The notes beneath the pieces are model-generated. The model saw nothing but the letters and a program-made list of their open reading frames with translations. It did no database searches and was not told where the DNA came from. A DNA stretch of 63,677 nucleotides, counting the filler, from Welwitschia mirabilis (Eukaryota): NCBI GenBank assembly GCA_051453625.1. It is 7 parts of one record of this genome, joined end to end, with 100 filler letters (N's around TTAATTAATTAA, not from the genome) between each part and the next. Parts side by side here need not be neighbours in the genome. Positions count along the whole stretch, not along the records: positions 1 to 22,914 come from JBOZIK010000001.1; 6 more parts are not named here. One strand, given 5' to 3'. Below are positions 1-12,100 of this stretch, one piece after another (the stretch's first letter is position 1; every line of letters begins with the position of its first letter). The position numbers were made by a program, and so were the translations under genes.

Positions 1-2094
1 ATGATCTAAATGCTGATGCTATATAATATCATCTTGAGTATGAGATGATAGACATGTAGAGTTATTCGATTAATTTACATAATACACATTTTCATGTTTA
101 TTTGCTACAAGTAGAGGTTCATTTATTTTTCCCTGCTTCACAATACAAGAGTTTTTATCAAAAAAGACTTTATGACCCTTAACATAAATCTGACTAATAC
201 TTAATAAATTATACTTTAAACTATTTACAAATAAAACATTATGAATATTTGATAAATTACCTCCACTGATGCTTCCAATCTCTTCTATTTGAGCACTTCC
301 ATTATCCCCGAATGTGACTTCTTCTCCATTATATTCCTTGAAGCTAATGAAGTTTGACTTGTCACCTATTATATGTCTCGAGCAACTACTATTTAAATAT
401 TAACATGAATGATTAGTTGCTTTTAAAGTCATTTGGATCAATAGACTCTTAGTTTTGGACTTTGGAATCCACATGAGACATGTATTTCTGTTTTCAACAT
501 GATGAGATTTCTTAGTAAACATAAATTTAGATTCTAAAAGGGAGTTTGAAAACTAACTTTTTCTAAAGACACAATTAATCTTAAAGTGACTCTTTTTGTT
601 ACAATAGTGGCAGATAATATTTGCTAATAAATTCTTAGAATCTACCTTAGATAAGGGTTTGAAATAAAAGAAGTGATAAGGATTAAAAGAGTTAGGAAAT
701 TATTTTCTGGAAGATTGATTCTTTATTCTATAAGAAGTTGATACAAGGCTATTTTTTAGGTCATTAACTTCTTTTTTTTCTAATCTCAAATTATCTAGAA
801 GGAACTTATTTTCTTTTCTAAGTTGGTTTAATCTATAAGCTAGATTTTGGCATTCCAAATATAATTCTAATTTAATATCATTAAGCATATCTTCACTAAT
901 GATTGAATCAATATGAGAAGTAGAACATACCTTTTCATTGATGATCACCATGAGAGAGATACCACCACGTTCTGAATCTCAGTTTTGTCCACTTTCACTT
1001 TCATCATCGTCCCATCTTGCAGAGATAACTTTTTTTCCCTTCCTTTTGTCATCCTTTCTATTATTTGGACAGACATTTTAAGTATGATCAAAACCTTTGT
1101 AGGAATAGCATTGAATCTTACGACGACATTCATTTTTCCTTCTTGGTGGTCTCCTAGATTGACCTCCATCTTACCATCTCTGCATGAAGTATCTGAAACT
1201 TTTGGCTAAGAGGGCCACTTCATCATCGCTTTCTGGTTCTAGGTTAAACTCATCCTTGATCTCAGGAACTTCATGTATAGAAGATAGTGCCATACTCTTA
1301 TTCTTCTACTTTTCAAATTTCAGTTCAAAAGTGTAAAATTTCCCTTGGAGTTTATCAAGTTTCATGATGTTTAGGTTCTTGTTTTCTTCTATAGCGGTCA
1401 CTTTTTATTCGAACCTTTTTGGTAGAGATCTCAAGGATTTGCAAACCACTCTTAATTCTTTAATTGATTCACCTAATCCATGAATAGAATTTATAATATC
1501 TATTAGTTTTGCAAAGAANNNNNNNNNNNNNNNNNNNNNNNNNNNNNNNNNNNNNNNNNNNNNNNNNNNNNNNNNNNNNNNNNNNNNNNNNNNNNNNNNN
1601 NNNNNNNNNNNNNNNNNNATGAATAGAATTTATAATATCTATTAGTTTTGCAAAGAAATCATTTATACCTTCATCATCTTCCATCTTTAGGTCCTCAAAC
1701 TGGGCGATCAGCATTTGAAGCTTAGTCTGCTTTACTATATTTGTCCCTTCATGAGTAGTCTCTAAGATATCCCATGCTTCTTTATCAGTGGTGCAGTTTA
1801 CCACTTTTTTAAAATCTTCTAGACCTATGACACAAAATATATCATTTAGGCCTTTGAAGTTGCAGGTTGTGGCTTGTTTTTCATCTGGTGTCCATTTGTT
1901 CCTGCTTTTTGGAATTACCAACTTGATAATTGGATCTTGCATAGTAGAAGAATAATACCCCTTAATAATAGACTCCAAGATTTCTAGATCAATGAATTGA
2001 TAAAGACTCTCATCTTTGCTTTCCAATAACCATAATTTGTTCCATCGAAGAATGGAGGTTTTGTGACAGAGTTTCCTTGAGTGAGTTGACTCAT
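1..2094 (-). pseudogene. Degenerate Copia gag-pol (gag, zinc-knuckle region, aspartic protease)
   Basis: ATG at 2094 gives MSQLTQGNSVTKPPFFDGTNYGYWKAKM. ORF 1469-2026 has KEAWDILETTHEGT..VKQTKLQML..FEDLKM (Copia gag). ~358-405 reads C*YLNSSCSRHIIGDK, matching protease WYLDSGCSRHMTGD. Frameshifts and stops are present. Confidence 0.88.
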
Positions 2095-2145
2095 TCTCTA
2101 GGGATGAGTAGAGTAGAGATTTATTAGGATCTATTACTCAACCTC

Positions 2146-2157
2146 GCTTTGATACCA
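2146..2157 (-). promoter_or_regulatory. Primer-binding site (tRNA-iMet)
   Basis: Reverse complement TGGTATCAAAGC, one mismatch from canonical TGGTATCAGAGC, 2 nt from the LTR end. Confidence 0.85.
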
Positions 2158-2159
2158 AT

Positions 2160-3668
2160 TAAAAGTTGAGGATCGATCCTAGAGGGGGTGAATAGGTTTT
2201 TAAGTTATATCTCCTTATTCTTCATGATCTGTAAAAACAATAATTATAAAGCAATACTACCATAAGGTATTTAATGATGGATAGACACCACCCTTTAGCT
2301 TTGTAGACTCCTTGTCCTAGCTGGAATATATTCACTCTCAAGAATGGTTTTTAGGCTCATCAAATAACCTTTCACAACCAATGAGGATTTTATGGCTTAT
2401 NNNNNNNNNNNNNNNNNNNNNNNNNNNNNNNNNNNNNNNNNNNNNNNNNNNNNNNNNNNNNNNNNNNNNNNNNNNNNNNNNNNNNNNNNNNNNNNNNNNN
2501 TAATGATGGATAGACACCACCCTTCAGGTTTGTAAACTCCTTGTCCTAGCCAGCATATATTTACTTATAAGAATGATTTTTAGGCTCATCAAATAACCTT
2601 TCACAACCAATGAGGATTTTATGGCTTATTCTCAACTAAAAACAAATTATAGAGAGAAGGATGCACTAATGCACAGATGTAATCTCTAAGGTATATCAAT
2701 CTTCTATTCAAGAAAATACTATGATGAAAGTTCAATAGAAATCTGAAATTTTGAAATGTTCAGATATTACTAATAAAAAGTATGTCAGCTCTTTTTCAAT
2801 CTTGGATTTGACAAAAATAGTATCAATGTCCTCTAGTAATTAGAGGAAAAAGTTTATACTTGAGTTGTATTATATGACTGTTTCCTCAAAGGGAAATGAA
2901 CCATTACGATTTTTTGAAGAACCATTGCACTTTTGCTAATGAACCATTGTGTTCATAATGATTACATTTTTTTTTTGCACTGTAGACATTTCATTATATC
3001 TGGTCGACTACAACTGCGGTCACCCTTATTCTAATGTTCGGTCGCCCTTATTCTAATGTTCGGTTACCCTTACTTGTCGCAGATTTTCTCAATATAGGAT
3101 ATGGTCCAAATACGGTCTCCTTCTGCAAATACTCGGTCACCCTTAATTAGGTCGACCTTATCATTTCTACTTAGTTAACCTTATGAGAGGAGATTCTTGG
3201 TAGAATGTAGTCATCTAATTTCATTTTATGTGGTCGGCCTGATATCACCCAGTTCATGTTCTACTAATTGTCATGCAGTCCCCTGTATAGTAACTATCGG
3301 TTGCCCGTACTACTATCAAATAGATTCTTACTGTATGTCATGCAGTTCCCTGTATGAATATCTTTGGTCACCTATATGAAAAACGTTCAGTTACCCATAC
3401 TGCTATCATATTTTATCAGGCTGAGTGAAATGCGATCACCCATGTGAGAATGGCGGTCACCCATGTGTTAATCAGTCTTCTTTATGTTGTCTAAGTTCGG
3501 TCATCTGGTAAGTCATGTGTGGTCACCCACTTATGAAGCAATATTATAGTTCTTGAACATCCGGTCACTCGATCTTATAAATCAGTCACCTGGTACTATA
3601 ATTTATCTATGCAAAAGACTAACTTACAAAAACTCATTAAATTAATCAATGACAATGGGTTTTCAACA
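2160..3668 (-). repeat. 5' LTR of the Sirevirus-like element (~1.5 kb including a 100-N gap)
   Basis: TG start at 3668 on the minus strand; end abuts the PBS (terminal CA decayed to TA); internal repeated-motif array. Confidence 0.75.
3002..3592. repeat. Array of degenerate CGGTCGACC/CGGTCACCC motifs inside the LTR
   Basis: Many spaced variants (ggtcgac, cggtcaccc, cggtcgccc, cggttaccc, ggtcggcc, cggttgccc), including a near-perfect 22-bp tandem unit cggtcRcccttattctaatgtt at ~3018-3061. Confidence 0.75.
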
Positions 3669-3759
3669 CTTCTAAACTACTATTGTCACTCTTAATAAAG
3701 GTTAACCTTAAGACCTATATTATTAATGAAACTGTCATTGAATCAAGAATAACATAAGT

Positions 3760-4530
3760 TGTAAGGAATATTAAATAGTATTAAAAAGAAATATAGTTTG
3801 TATTAAGAATAAAATAAGCATCTGGATTACAAAATAGCTATGCCTCCATGGAGGATGCATAATTCTTCACTAAGAAAATGTCTTTTTATAACTCACAAGA
3901 TAGATCCCCCACCCTTCGATCTCCTATTATGAGAATTTCTAATGCATTGAAGATGATAGGAGGATCATAGGAGGCTTTATTTATACAATATAAAAGGCAA
4001 AATTGTCATTCAAAATGCACTAAAAAACACACTTCAATCCAAGAAAAAAAATGGATGAAACAGGTGAAAGTCAGCTGACCATTTGAAGTGTCACCCTAAA
4101 TATCATGGAAATGACAAAGGCAATGATGATACATGCATTATGATTTGTCATACTTAACTTCATAGAGATGACCAAGGGGATGATACCTTTATAAAAGAGG
4201 TCTTTATTAGTTCTAGCTCTAGTTCACATTAGCATCCAATTTGGCTTGTGCAAGCTATCGTCCCATCTATCATGAGGATAACAATGGGGATGATAGCCCT
4301 CTTTATCTTTTCAACTCAAGAGAAGCTATCCTCCAGTATTATTAATCTTCCTCTAAAGTATTGAGCATCATAGTAGGCCTGAAAATGTCTATAAACATGC
4401 AAAGGATTACATGTTTTTGTGATCATCCATTAACTCTCTATAATCCTCAGAATTCCATCTAAACTTATATAAATGTCCAACAAAATAGCTCATAACACTC
4501 CATCAAATACATACATTTTGGCAGTGCATC
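3760..4530 (-). repeat. LTR fragment related to the Athila-like LTR family at 18426-19623
   Basis: Minus strand starts TGATGCAC at 4530. 4375-4530 aligns by eye with 19467-19623. Left boundary approximate. Confidence 0.55.
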
Positions 4531-4589
4531 AAAGATGAAGGTAAGTAATAGATGAGTCATTTAGATCTTAATGATTAAAGCCTTCTATT

Positions 4590-5950
4590 AATGTCCAAAA
4601 AAGGGAGAAGTATATATCAAATTAGTGATAGATCAATTGGATACTTCACTATGAGATCATGAATTAAATCCAAAAGTGTTATCATTGTATTAATAAGCAC
4701 TCCTTGACATTTTAACACACATTGACATTGTTTAATACTTTTTAATATCATGTTTATTATTACATGTATTGTGTTTGACGTATTTATCATTCTTATGTTA
4801 TGCTTTCATTAACACACTTTTGCATATGCAATATTCTGATTATTTAGTGACTTAGATATTTTTATATGACATTAGCACAACTTTCATTAGTTATGATATA
4901 GTGATTAGTACATAATTAAACTTCATGCTCTAAAAATGACACATTTCCATTAGCATACTACAATTAAGAGATTATAAAATGTTTATGCACTTTAATTTTT
5001 ATAGACACAGGTGAATGACAAATACATGGATCTATCATGTACTTTTGTACCTTTTTGTAAAGTCTCTTAAATGATTCTAAATATATCTTATTCTAATTTC
5101 TCAAGTAATATTTATATCTATGTGGTTTTTCTAATTTCAAGTGGCATATATCATGATTATTGTAATGAGTTATCATGTGCATTCCATTAGAATAAAATGT
5201 TTAATTTCAGTTGATTATTTGAAATTACACTAATGATATTTTCTAGGTCTTGGACATCATAAAAAAGGGGTAGATTGTTGGAAAATCTAGTTTTGATGAT
5301 TCTACTTATCAAACATTTTATGTCATTGTGTATATAGGTTATTACACATAAATCTGATCTTGAAAGGAACTAGATCATGATGGATCTCCAAAGGTAATAT
5401 TTTACAAAAAGGATTAGATGCTAGACTACAAAATCGATTGTTTGAAGACATGTAAGAAATAGAAGACATCTTGAATGAAGACGTCTATAAAAATAAAGAT
5501 GTTTTAAAAGTATTGAACTAAAATAGGTAATAGAGTAAATTTGATTTTGACTAACATCTTATGTTTCAGGTAAGTAACAAACTTATAGATTACAGATTTA
5601 TGATCACAAGGTCCAAGTATACTATAGTGTAAAATTCATCAGAATCTGGGCAAGTTGACTCAAGACGTCTACAAAAATAAAGAAGTCTAGAATGAACACG
5701 TCTAGTTAAGATGTCTAGAATTAAGGCATTTACAAAATTCAAGATGTCTTAAATCAAGTTTCATGTTGATTAAAAGTGAATCTATGCACTCAAATCATAA
5801 ACGTTGGCTATCTATTACATAGTGGTTATAAAATCAAATAGCTACCTTTCACACTTAGATCTTCTTCAATCCTATAATGTATTAACATCTTAAAATAAAA
5901 AAAACCTTTTGGCACTTCATTGAATTAATCAAAAGTACATATCTTCAAAC
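4590..5950 (+). mobile_element. 3' part of a second Sirevirus-like Copia element: repeated PPT-like boxes and start of the 3' LTR
   Basis: atgtccaaaaaagggagaag (~4592), then catcataaaaaaggggtagat directly followed by TGTTGGAAAAT (LTR start 5276). The LTR carries repeated AAGACGTCT/AAGATGTCT motifs (5445-5750). Right end approximate. Confidence 0.65.
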
Positions 5951-7652
5951 ATAGGAGTTAAGTCAAAGGATCCATTGGCAAGGAGATAACATTATTTAGG
6001 ACCATGTCCCATGTTTTCTTATTTATTTAGCTTCAGATTCTTCTTTTTCACTTATGGTTGATAATAATTTTTTTAGTTTATTTTTTATAAGAATAATATC
6101 AGTTCATGTTAACATTATAATCAAACAATCAATAAATGCATATTTTAAACTATAGGACTATCAACCTTTAATGTAATTATCTAGATGGATAATAATTTTC
6201 TCCTCTTTAAATATTTTATTNNNNNNNNNNNNNNNNNNNNNNNNNNNNNNNNNNNNNNNNNNNNNNNNNNNNNNNNNNNNNNNNNNNNNNNNNNNNNNNN
6301 NNNNNNNNNNNNNNNNNNNNTTAATGTAATTATCTAGATGGATAATAATTTTCTCCTCTTTAAATATTTTATTTTTGACCTCTTTAAAGGTTTTGATACT
6401 TAATAAAATAAAACACTTTCACTTAATAGTAAAATAATTTGAGTTATTCAGAATTGTTAATAAGGGCTTGTGTATATACTCAATAGTAATTTAGAAAAGT
6501 AGATACATGCACAATTCATAGTTTTCATATTTTCTTTAATTATAAGGGAAGGATAATTACCCTTAATCAATCTTGAGTTCGGATTTCTAAAACTAATATG
6601 TAAGTAAATCTATCTAAATTTCTTCTTAACATGTAGTAATTTCAATATTCATTTTGGATTTTTATATGTGTATATATTTTTAGTTTCAAAGTTTTGCTAA
6701 TTTTATTATTCATTAAGGATTCTATTACAGGTTTAATGCTTTGAGATGTTTCATACATGCTCTAATATCTAATAAGAATGAAATATAAAAAAAAAAGTAA
6801 ATTTATATGCATATTTACTAATTAATTTTATGCTTTTAAATCAGGATGAAAATTAAACAATGATAACCATAGTATAGAAATGAAAAAGAAGAGTAGTATA
6901 TGGGCATGGGCTTTAACATCTTGGTGAAGAATCACAAGCACATGTAAGACTTGAACATAGCTCCTAGTTTTATATGTGTTATCAAAGGGTTTTATTCAAT
7001 CAAGAAAACTAGTGACTATAGTAGGTATAACAAGTTTCTAAGAATCAACTTGTTCCTTAATTTAAATAATAATTATAAATATAAAAAATTAAAAAGGGAG
7101 ACAATTAGAATAGTCTTGCAATCAAAAAAAAATGTTTTTATTAAAATTTATTTATTAGATGTAACCTATTTATATAAGTAATTGCATATGAGAGTTTATT
7201 GGTTGGATGTTTTTGAAAATAGTTACTTTATGTATCTAATTGGGGGAACATTGAATTCAAAACACTTAGTGACCATACCTCCCCCTTGAAATATAACAAA
7301 CATAATGATCAAAATGAATAATTCAATTATGACCATGGCCTTATAATGGGCCAAGAAAGGCACCCATAGGTTTGAAGCCACATATTCCTAAATGAAAGAG
7401 AAAACTAGCGCTACATGCAAATCATAAAATAATACTAGATTCTACTTTAGAAAAATTATAGAAGTGTACTTGATGCTATAGTGCAATAAGAATTTTTATT
7501 TAGATGTCATATGTCGAATAAAGAAATTAGGTTAATATATAACCTTGTGTACTATCTTGTAATAGTATGTAAGACCATTAGAGATAACATAACTTGAATA
7601 GTTTAGTTTCTAAGTAAATGGGAGAAAAATTATATTTAGAAATTACTCCTCT

Positions 7653-7658
7653 TATAAA
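7653..7658 (+). promoter_or_regulatory. Candidate TATA box of the DRP4-like pseudogene
   Basis: TATAAA ~135 bp upstream of the ATG at 7788, flanked by two copies of GAAATTACTCCT and followed by a CT-rich leader (~7720-7760). Confidence 0.3.
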
Positions 7659-7787
7659 TTCTTCTAAGTGAAATTACTCCTGTTTAATAGCAAAAACATT
7701 TCAGGTCTCTGCAATCCCATTTCTTACTCAAATCCCCTTCTCTAAGCTCTTCTTTTCTTACTTGGAACCCCTTACTGTTTGCCTGGA

Positions 7788-8779
7788 ATGGATCAGATGG
7801 TGCAGAAGATAAACGAACTCTGGAACGATCCATCGTAACAACAAAAGAAGTCCAAAGAAGACCAAGATTTCATGGCGCAGACACTGCCTCAGATAGAAAC
7901 GCCTCTGCAATTGCCATTCTCCTTCTCGTCTTTCAGCCAAAATGGTGCCTCTGCATCCAAAAGCAGGCTGTGCAACCTCGACATCGTCAATGAAGGAATC
8001 GATCTCCCTGCAATTATCGTTGTGGGTGATCAATTCAACGGCAAATCCAACATTTTGGAGTCTCTGGCCTTCGTGAAGCTTCCCAAAGAGTAGGAAATTT
8101 GCATAAGAGTTCCCCTTATTCTCAGGTTGCAGAGCTGCAGGGACCTCTCGCTCAACTACATCAAGATTTCCTATCTTGACCGAGTTGAGAAAATCATTGA
8201 GGAATCCGAAATCACTGAATAAATCAGTCTCGTAACGGAGGCAATTGCAGGCACAGGAAAAGGCATCAGTTACAGGCACATAAACCTGCACATCACGAGA
8301 AAGGAGTCTCCAGATCTTATCCTGATTGATCTCCCAGGAATTACCAAAGTGCCTTTCGCAGACAATCCAGGGGACATTTATGAGCGGATAAAGGAGATCA
8401 TTCTGCACTATATCCATCACGAAGATACCATTATTCTCAACGTCCTGTCTACGGCCACGGATTTGTCAACCGGCGAGTCAATTTTAATGTCTAAAGAGGT
8501 CGATGAGACTGGAGAGAGAATTTTCAGAGTGGTAACCACAAATGCGATAACAACGCGGTTGCGCTTTGGGAGAAGGTCAGTGCGAATGTTGTAAACATCC
8601 ACCATCGGTATATCTGCGTGCAAAACTGTTTCTTCGGGGAAACTATGGCAGAGGCATGGAGAAGAAAAAAAGTGCTATTCCAAGAGACGAAACTGTGTTT
8701 ACGCATTCCAGGTATCTTCAAAAAAATTGACTCAGAACTCATGGCACAGTTGGAGCTGTTGAAAGTTAATTCAAATTAA
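7788..8779 (+). pseudogene. DRP4: Mx-like dynamin-related protein (plant DRP4 type) pseudogene, GTPase domain only, intronless
   Basis: One frame reads RLCNLDIVNEGIDLPAIIVVGDQFNGKSNILESLA..LPKE*EICIRVPLILRLQ (G1/G2), PDLILIDLPGITKVP (G3), IILNVLS..DLSTGESILMSKEVDETGER..VVT. After a 2-nt insertion (8538-8539) it continues KCD..EKVSANVVNIHHRYICVQN..GETMAEAWRRKKVLF..RIPGIFKKIDSEL to TAA at 8777-8779 (G4 TKxD restored). In-frame stops at 7836, 8091 and 8220. Start at 7788 is inferred by reading through the first stop. Confidence 0.9.
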
Positions 8780-8788
8780 GTTAACAAG

Positions 8789-9088
8789 TGACGTGGAATA
8801 AATTTAATGCAGAATGATATTACGACCATAAGTTTATTTTTATTTTGCTATTCAGTATATGTTGTTATTATACCACTTTTTAGTCCTACATTGTTTAGAG
8901 ATAACTGTTGAAAGGACATATGTCCTATAAAAAAGTGGCAAATGTACTACTTTAGGGCATCCAGAATTTGAATAAATATTATTATTCTCTCTACACCTTC
9001 GTGTGTTATTTAGTTTCGGTTGTTTGCTTCTGCAACAATCCGATTCTCAGTGTGTGCTGTGAACGAATCCTTCCGCTGTCCTACTCCA
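8789..9088 (+). repeat. 5' LTR (300 bp)
   Basis: TGACGTGGAATAAAT...CCTACTCCA; colinear with 13466-13765, ~37 substitutions by manual count and no indels seen. Confidence 0.95.
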
Positions 9089-9090
9089 TT

Positions 9091-9102
9091 TGATATCAGA
9101 GC
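9091..9102 (+). promoter_or_regulatory. Primer-binding site (tRNA-iMet)
   Basis: TGATATCAGAGC, one mismatch from TGGTATCAGAGC, 2 nt after the LTR. Confidence 0.85.
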
Positions 9103-9126
9103 AGGTAATACCCTGTGTGGTAACTA

Positions 9127-12100
9127 ATGGCAGATCCTAACACCATTGTCATCCAGCTACCCCAGATAATGTAGCAACAGAGTGAACAGAATGCGCGGAT
9201 TCTTGAGGCCCTCTCGAATTTGAACATTCACTCTAGGGAACAGGCAAATCCGCGTCCTCTGGAAGCACTCCTTGAAGATCTTGACCAAGATGAAACATTG
9301 GGTGCTGTCTTAGTACCACGGTTATGAAATAACTATCTGAAGATCCAAGCAGCCATCCCCATCTTCTCCGGATCTCTGCACATCGAAGATTTTCTTGACT
9401 GAATTTCTGAAGTCGAAAAATATTTTGAACTGATGAACAACCTCGAGGAAACACAAGTGAGATACGTCACCTTCAAACTCAAAGATGCCGCCTTATCTTG
9501 GTGGGATAATGTTTAAGCTAGTCGATGCCGTTAAAGAAAGCAACTAGTCCAAAGTTGGTCAAAGATGAGGCAATTGATGTTTGCACGTTTCCTACCCATT
9601 GACTACGAGCAGACTTTGTATTCGCAGTACCAGAATTATTGTCAGTTATCGCAATATGTGTAACTGAGTACGCCAAGAAATTCATGAGATTGGCTTCTTG
9701 AAATCACTTGACGGAATTTGATGCCCAAGAAGTTGCTAGGTTCAACAATGATCTTCACTTTGACATTCAAGATATTGTATCTCTCTAGACCACCTGGACC
9801 CTTAATGAAGTTACGAGGTTGGCATTGAAGGCAGAACAAACACTTACGAGGCAAAGCAAAAGGAGTTTATCATACCGGAGCCTTACTGACTCCTCATGTA
9901 GCCAACTCCAGTGGAGCAAACCAGTTACCGATGTCCAAGAAAGCTCTTACAAAGCAATCTCGGGGGCGATAGAAATAAAAAGTGGTTCATCCCAACCAAG
10001 CAATTCCATCCAAACAACCAGGAAGCCACTTAGCAATCCTTATATCCGAAATCATAGAAATAAGTATTATCGATGTAAACAAATCGGTCATACCTCCACT
10101 CAATGTAGAGCCCAAAAGTTCATCAGTATTACTGAACAGGAAGAAGAATATGATGACGAGTCAGAAGAAGATGCCTTTATTATTGGATCAGATGCTATTT
10201 TAGAAGATAATGAGGAATTCGAGGAAGAAGCATACTCTTATGTCATTGAAAGAATGGTGCTTTCTACTCCCAAAAGATGTGAAGATTCTCAGAGACCCAA
10301 CATCTTTTGGACTCGATGCAAGATCCAACAAGATATCTTCAATGTGATTATTGATTGTGAAAGTAGCGAGAACATTATCTTGTGAGATATCGTAAAACAA
10401 CTTCAGCTAGTTTGAAGGAAGCACCCAACGCCCTATAAGATTGGGTGGATTAAAGATGTCAGTGAGGTTCGAGTAACTGGATAGTGCAAGATGCCTTTTC
10501 CCATGGGTAAATACAAGGATACAGTTTTTTGTGACATAGTAGACATGGATGTTTGTCATGTTTTACTGGGACACCCATGGCAATTCAATTTGGATGCTGT
10601 GCACAAGGGAAAAGAGAACACTTACACATTCTCTAAGGATAAACAAAAGGTCATGCTATGTACTTTTCCAAATGAGAATCGACCAAAGATAGCCAAGGAG
10701 AAAGGGAAGAAAATCATGTTATGCTCTTGAGAAGATTTCTTGGTGGACATAAAATATACCCGATGATATTTGCTGTGGTGATTAAGAGGGATGAATCACA
10801 GCTTGTGGAGACTCCGCCGAAGCTATGAGGCATTTTGACGGAATTTGAGAACATCATGCCAAAAGAGCTTTCCAAAGTTCTCCCTCCCATGAGATACATT
10901 CAACATTAGATTGATTTTGTGCTAGGAGCCAACCTTCCAAACCTATTCCATTACCACATGAGTTCTACCGAGTACACGATCTTACAAGGAATGGTCAAAG
11001 ATCTACTCAAGAAAGGCATCATCCAAGAGAGCAAGAGCCCCTGTGCAGTTTTGGTCCTTTTGGTTTAAAGAGGAACAAAACCTAACATATATGTATCGAT
11101 AGCAGAGCTATCAACAAGATTACCACCAAGTATAGATTCCCGATTCCCCGTCTTGATGATATGCTGGATATGCTACAAGTTTCAAAGTTGTTCTCAAAGA
11201 TTGACTTACGCAGTGGTTATTATCAGCTCCAAACTTATCTAAGAGACGAGTGGAAAAATGCCTTCAAGACCAAAGAGGGCCTCTATGAATGGCTTGTCAT
11301 GCCGTTTAGATTGTCAAATGCTCCAAGTATCTTCATGCACTTAATGGATCAGTTTTTAAAGCCCTTCATTGGTAAATTCATTGTTGTTTACTTTAATGAT
11401 ATTCTAATCTATAGCAAATCCAAAGATGAGCATTTAAGGCACCTTTGAGAGGTTCTTACATCTTTGTGAAAGAATCACTTGTATATGAACCTTAAGAAAT
11501 GTAGCTTCATGACTGAAAAGCTACTTTGCTTAGGGTTCGTAGTAAGCATCGATGGCATTCATGTCGATAAGGAGAAGATTCAGGCCATTCGAGCCTAGTC
11601 TATTCCATAAATTATGAGTAACATCTGTAGTTTCCATGATCTCACAACTTTCTATCAACGATTCATTTGGAATTTCAACACCATCATGGCCCCAATCACC
11701 GAGTGCATGAAGGAAGGGAAACTCCAATGAGGAGATGTCACTGAACGAAGTTTTGTGCTAATTAAAGAAAATCTCACAACTGTTCCAATCCTTATTTTAC
11801 CTAAATTTGGAAGAGCGTTCGAGTTGGAGACAGATGCCTCGATCATCAGAATCGAAGCAATTCTTTCCCAAGAAGGATGGACTGTAGCTTTCTTCAGTGA
11901 AAAACTCAGTGATGCCAGGAAGAAATGGACTACTTATGAGTTGGAACTATACGCGATAGTGTGAGCTGTCAAACATTTGGAGTAGTATCTTTTCCAATGA
12001 GAGTTTATGCTTGACCATCAGGCTCTAAAGTACCTCAACAGTTAAAAAAAAAAAATCTCAATAGAATGCACGCTCGGTGGGTGGAATATCTACAACAATT

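Larger units (their letters stand above)
1..3668 (-). mobile_element. Ty1/Copia LTR retrotransposon, Sirevirus (SIRE/Maximus)-like; 5' LTR, PBS, gag and protease, running off the window start
   Basis: Minus-strand LTR starts TGTTGAAAACCC (3668) and carries the Sirevirus-type CCTATTCACCCCC-TCTAGG motif near its end (~2178-2196). It is followed by an iMet PBS and Copia gag/protease remnants. Confidence 0.85.

Noticed and set aside
1479..6374. Apparent tandem duplications flanking 100-N gaps (1479-1518/1619-1658, 2271-2400/2501-2630, 6168-6220/6321-6373)
   Set aside because: This pattern is typical of unmerged overlapping contig ends. The same occurs at ~25310/25740, 31690/31805, 51175/51321 and 53793/54383.
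7872..8594. ORFs 7872-8093 and 8349-8594 as separate small genes
   Set aside because: They are same-frame fragments of one DRP4-like pseudogene split by nonsense mutations.
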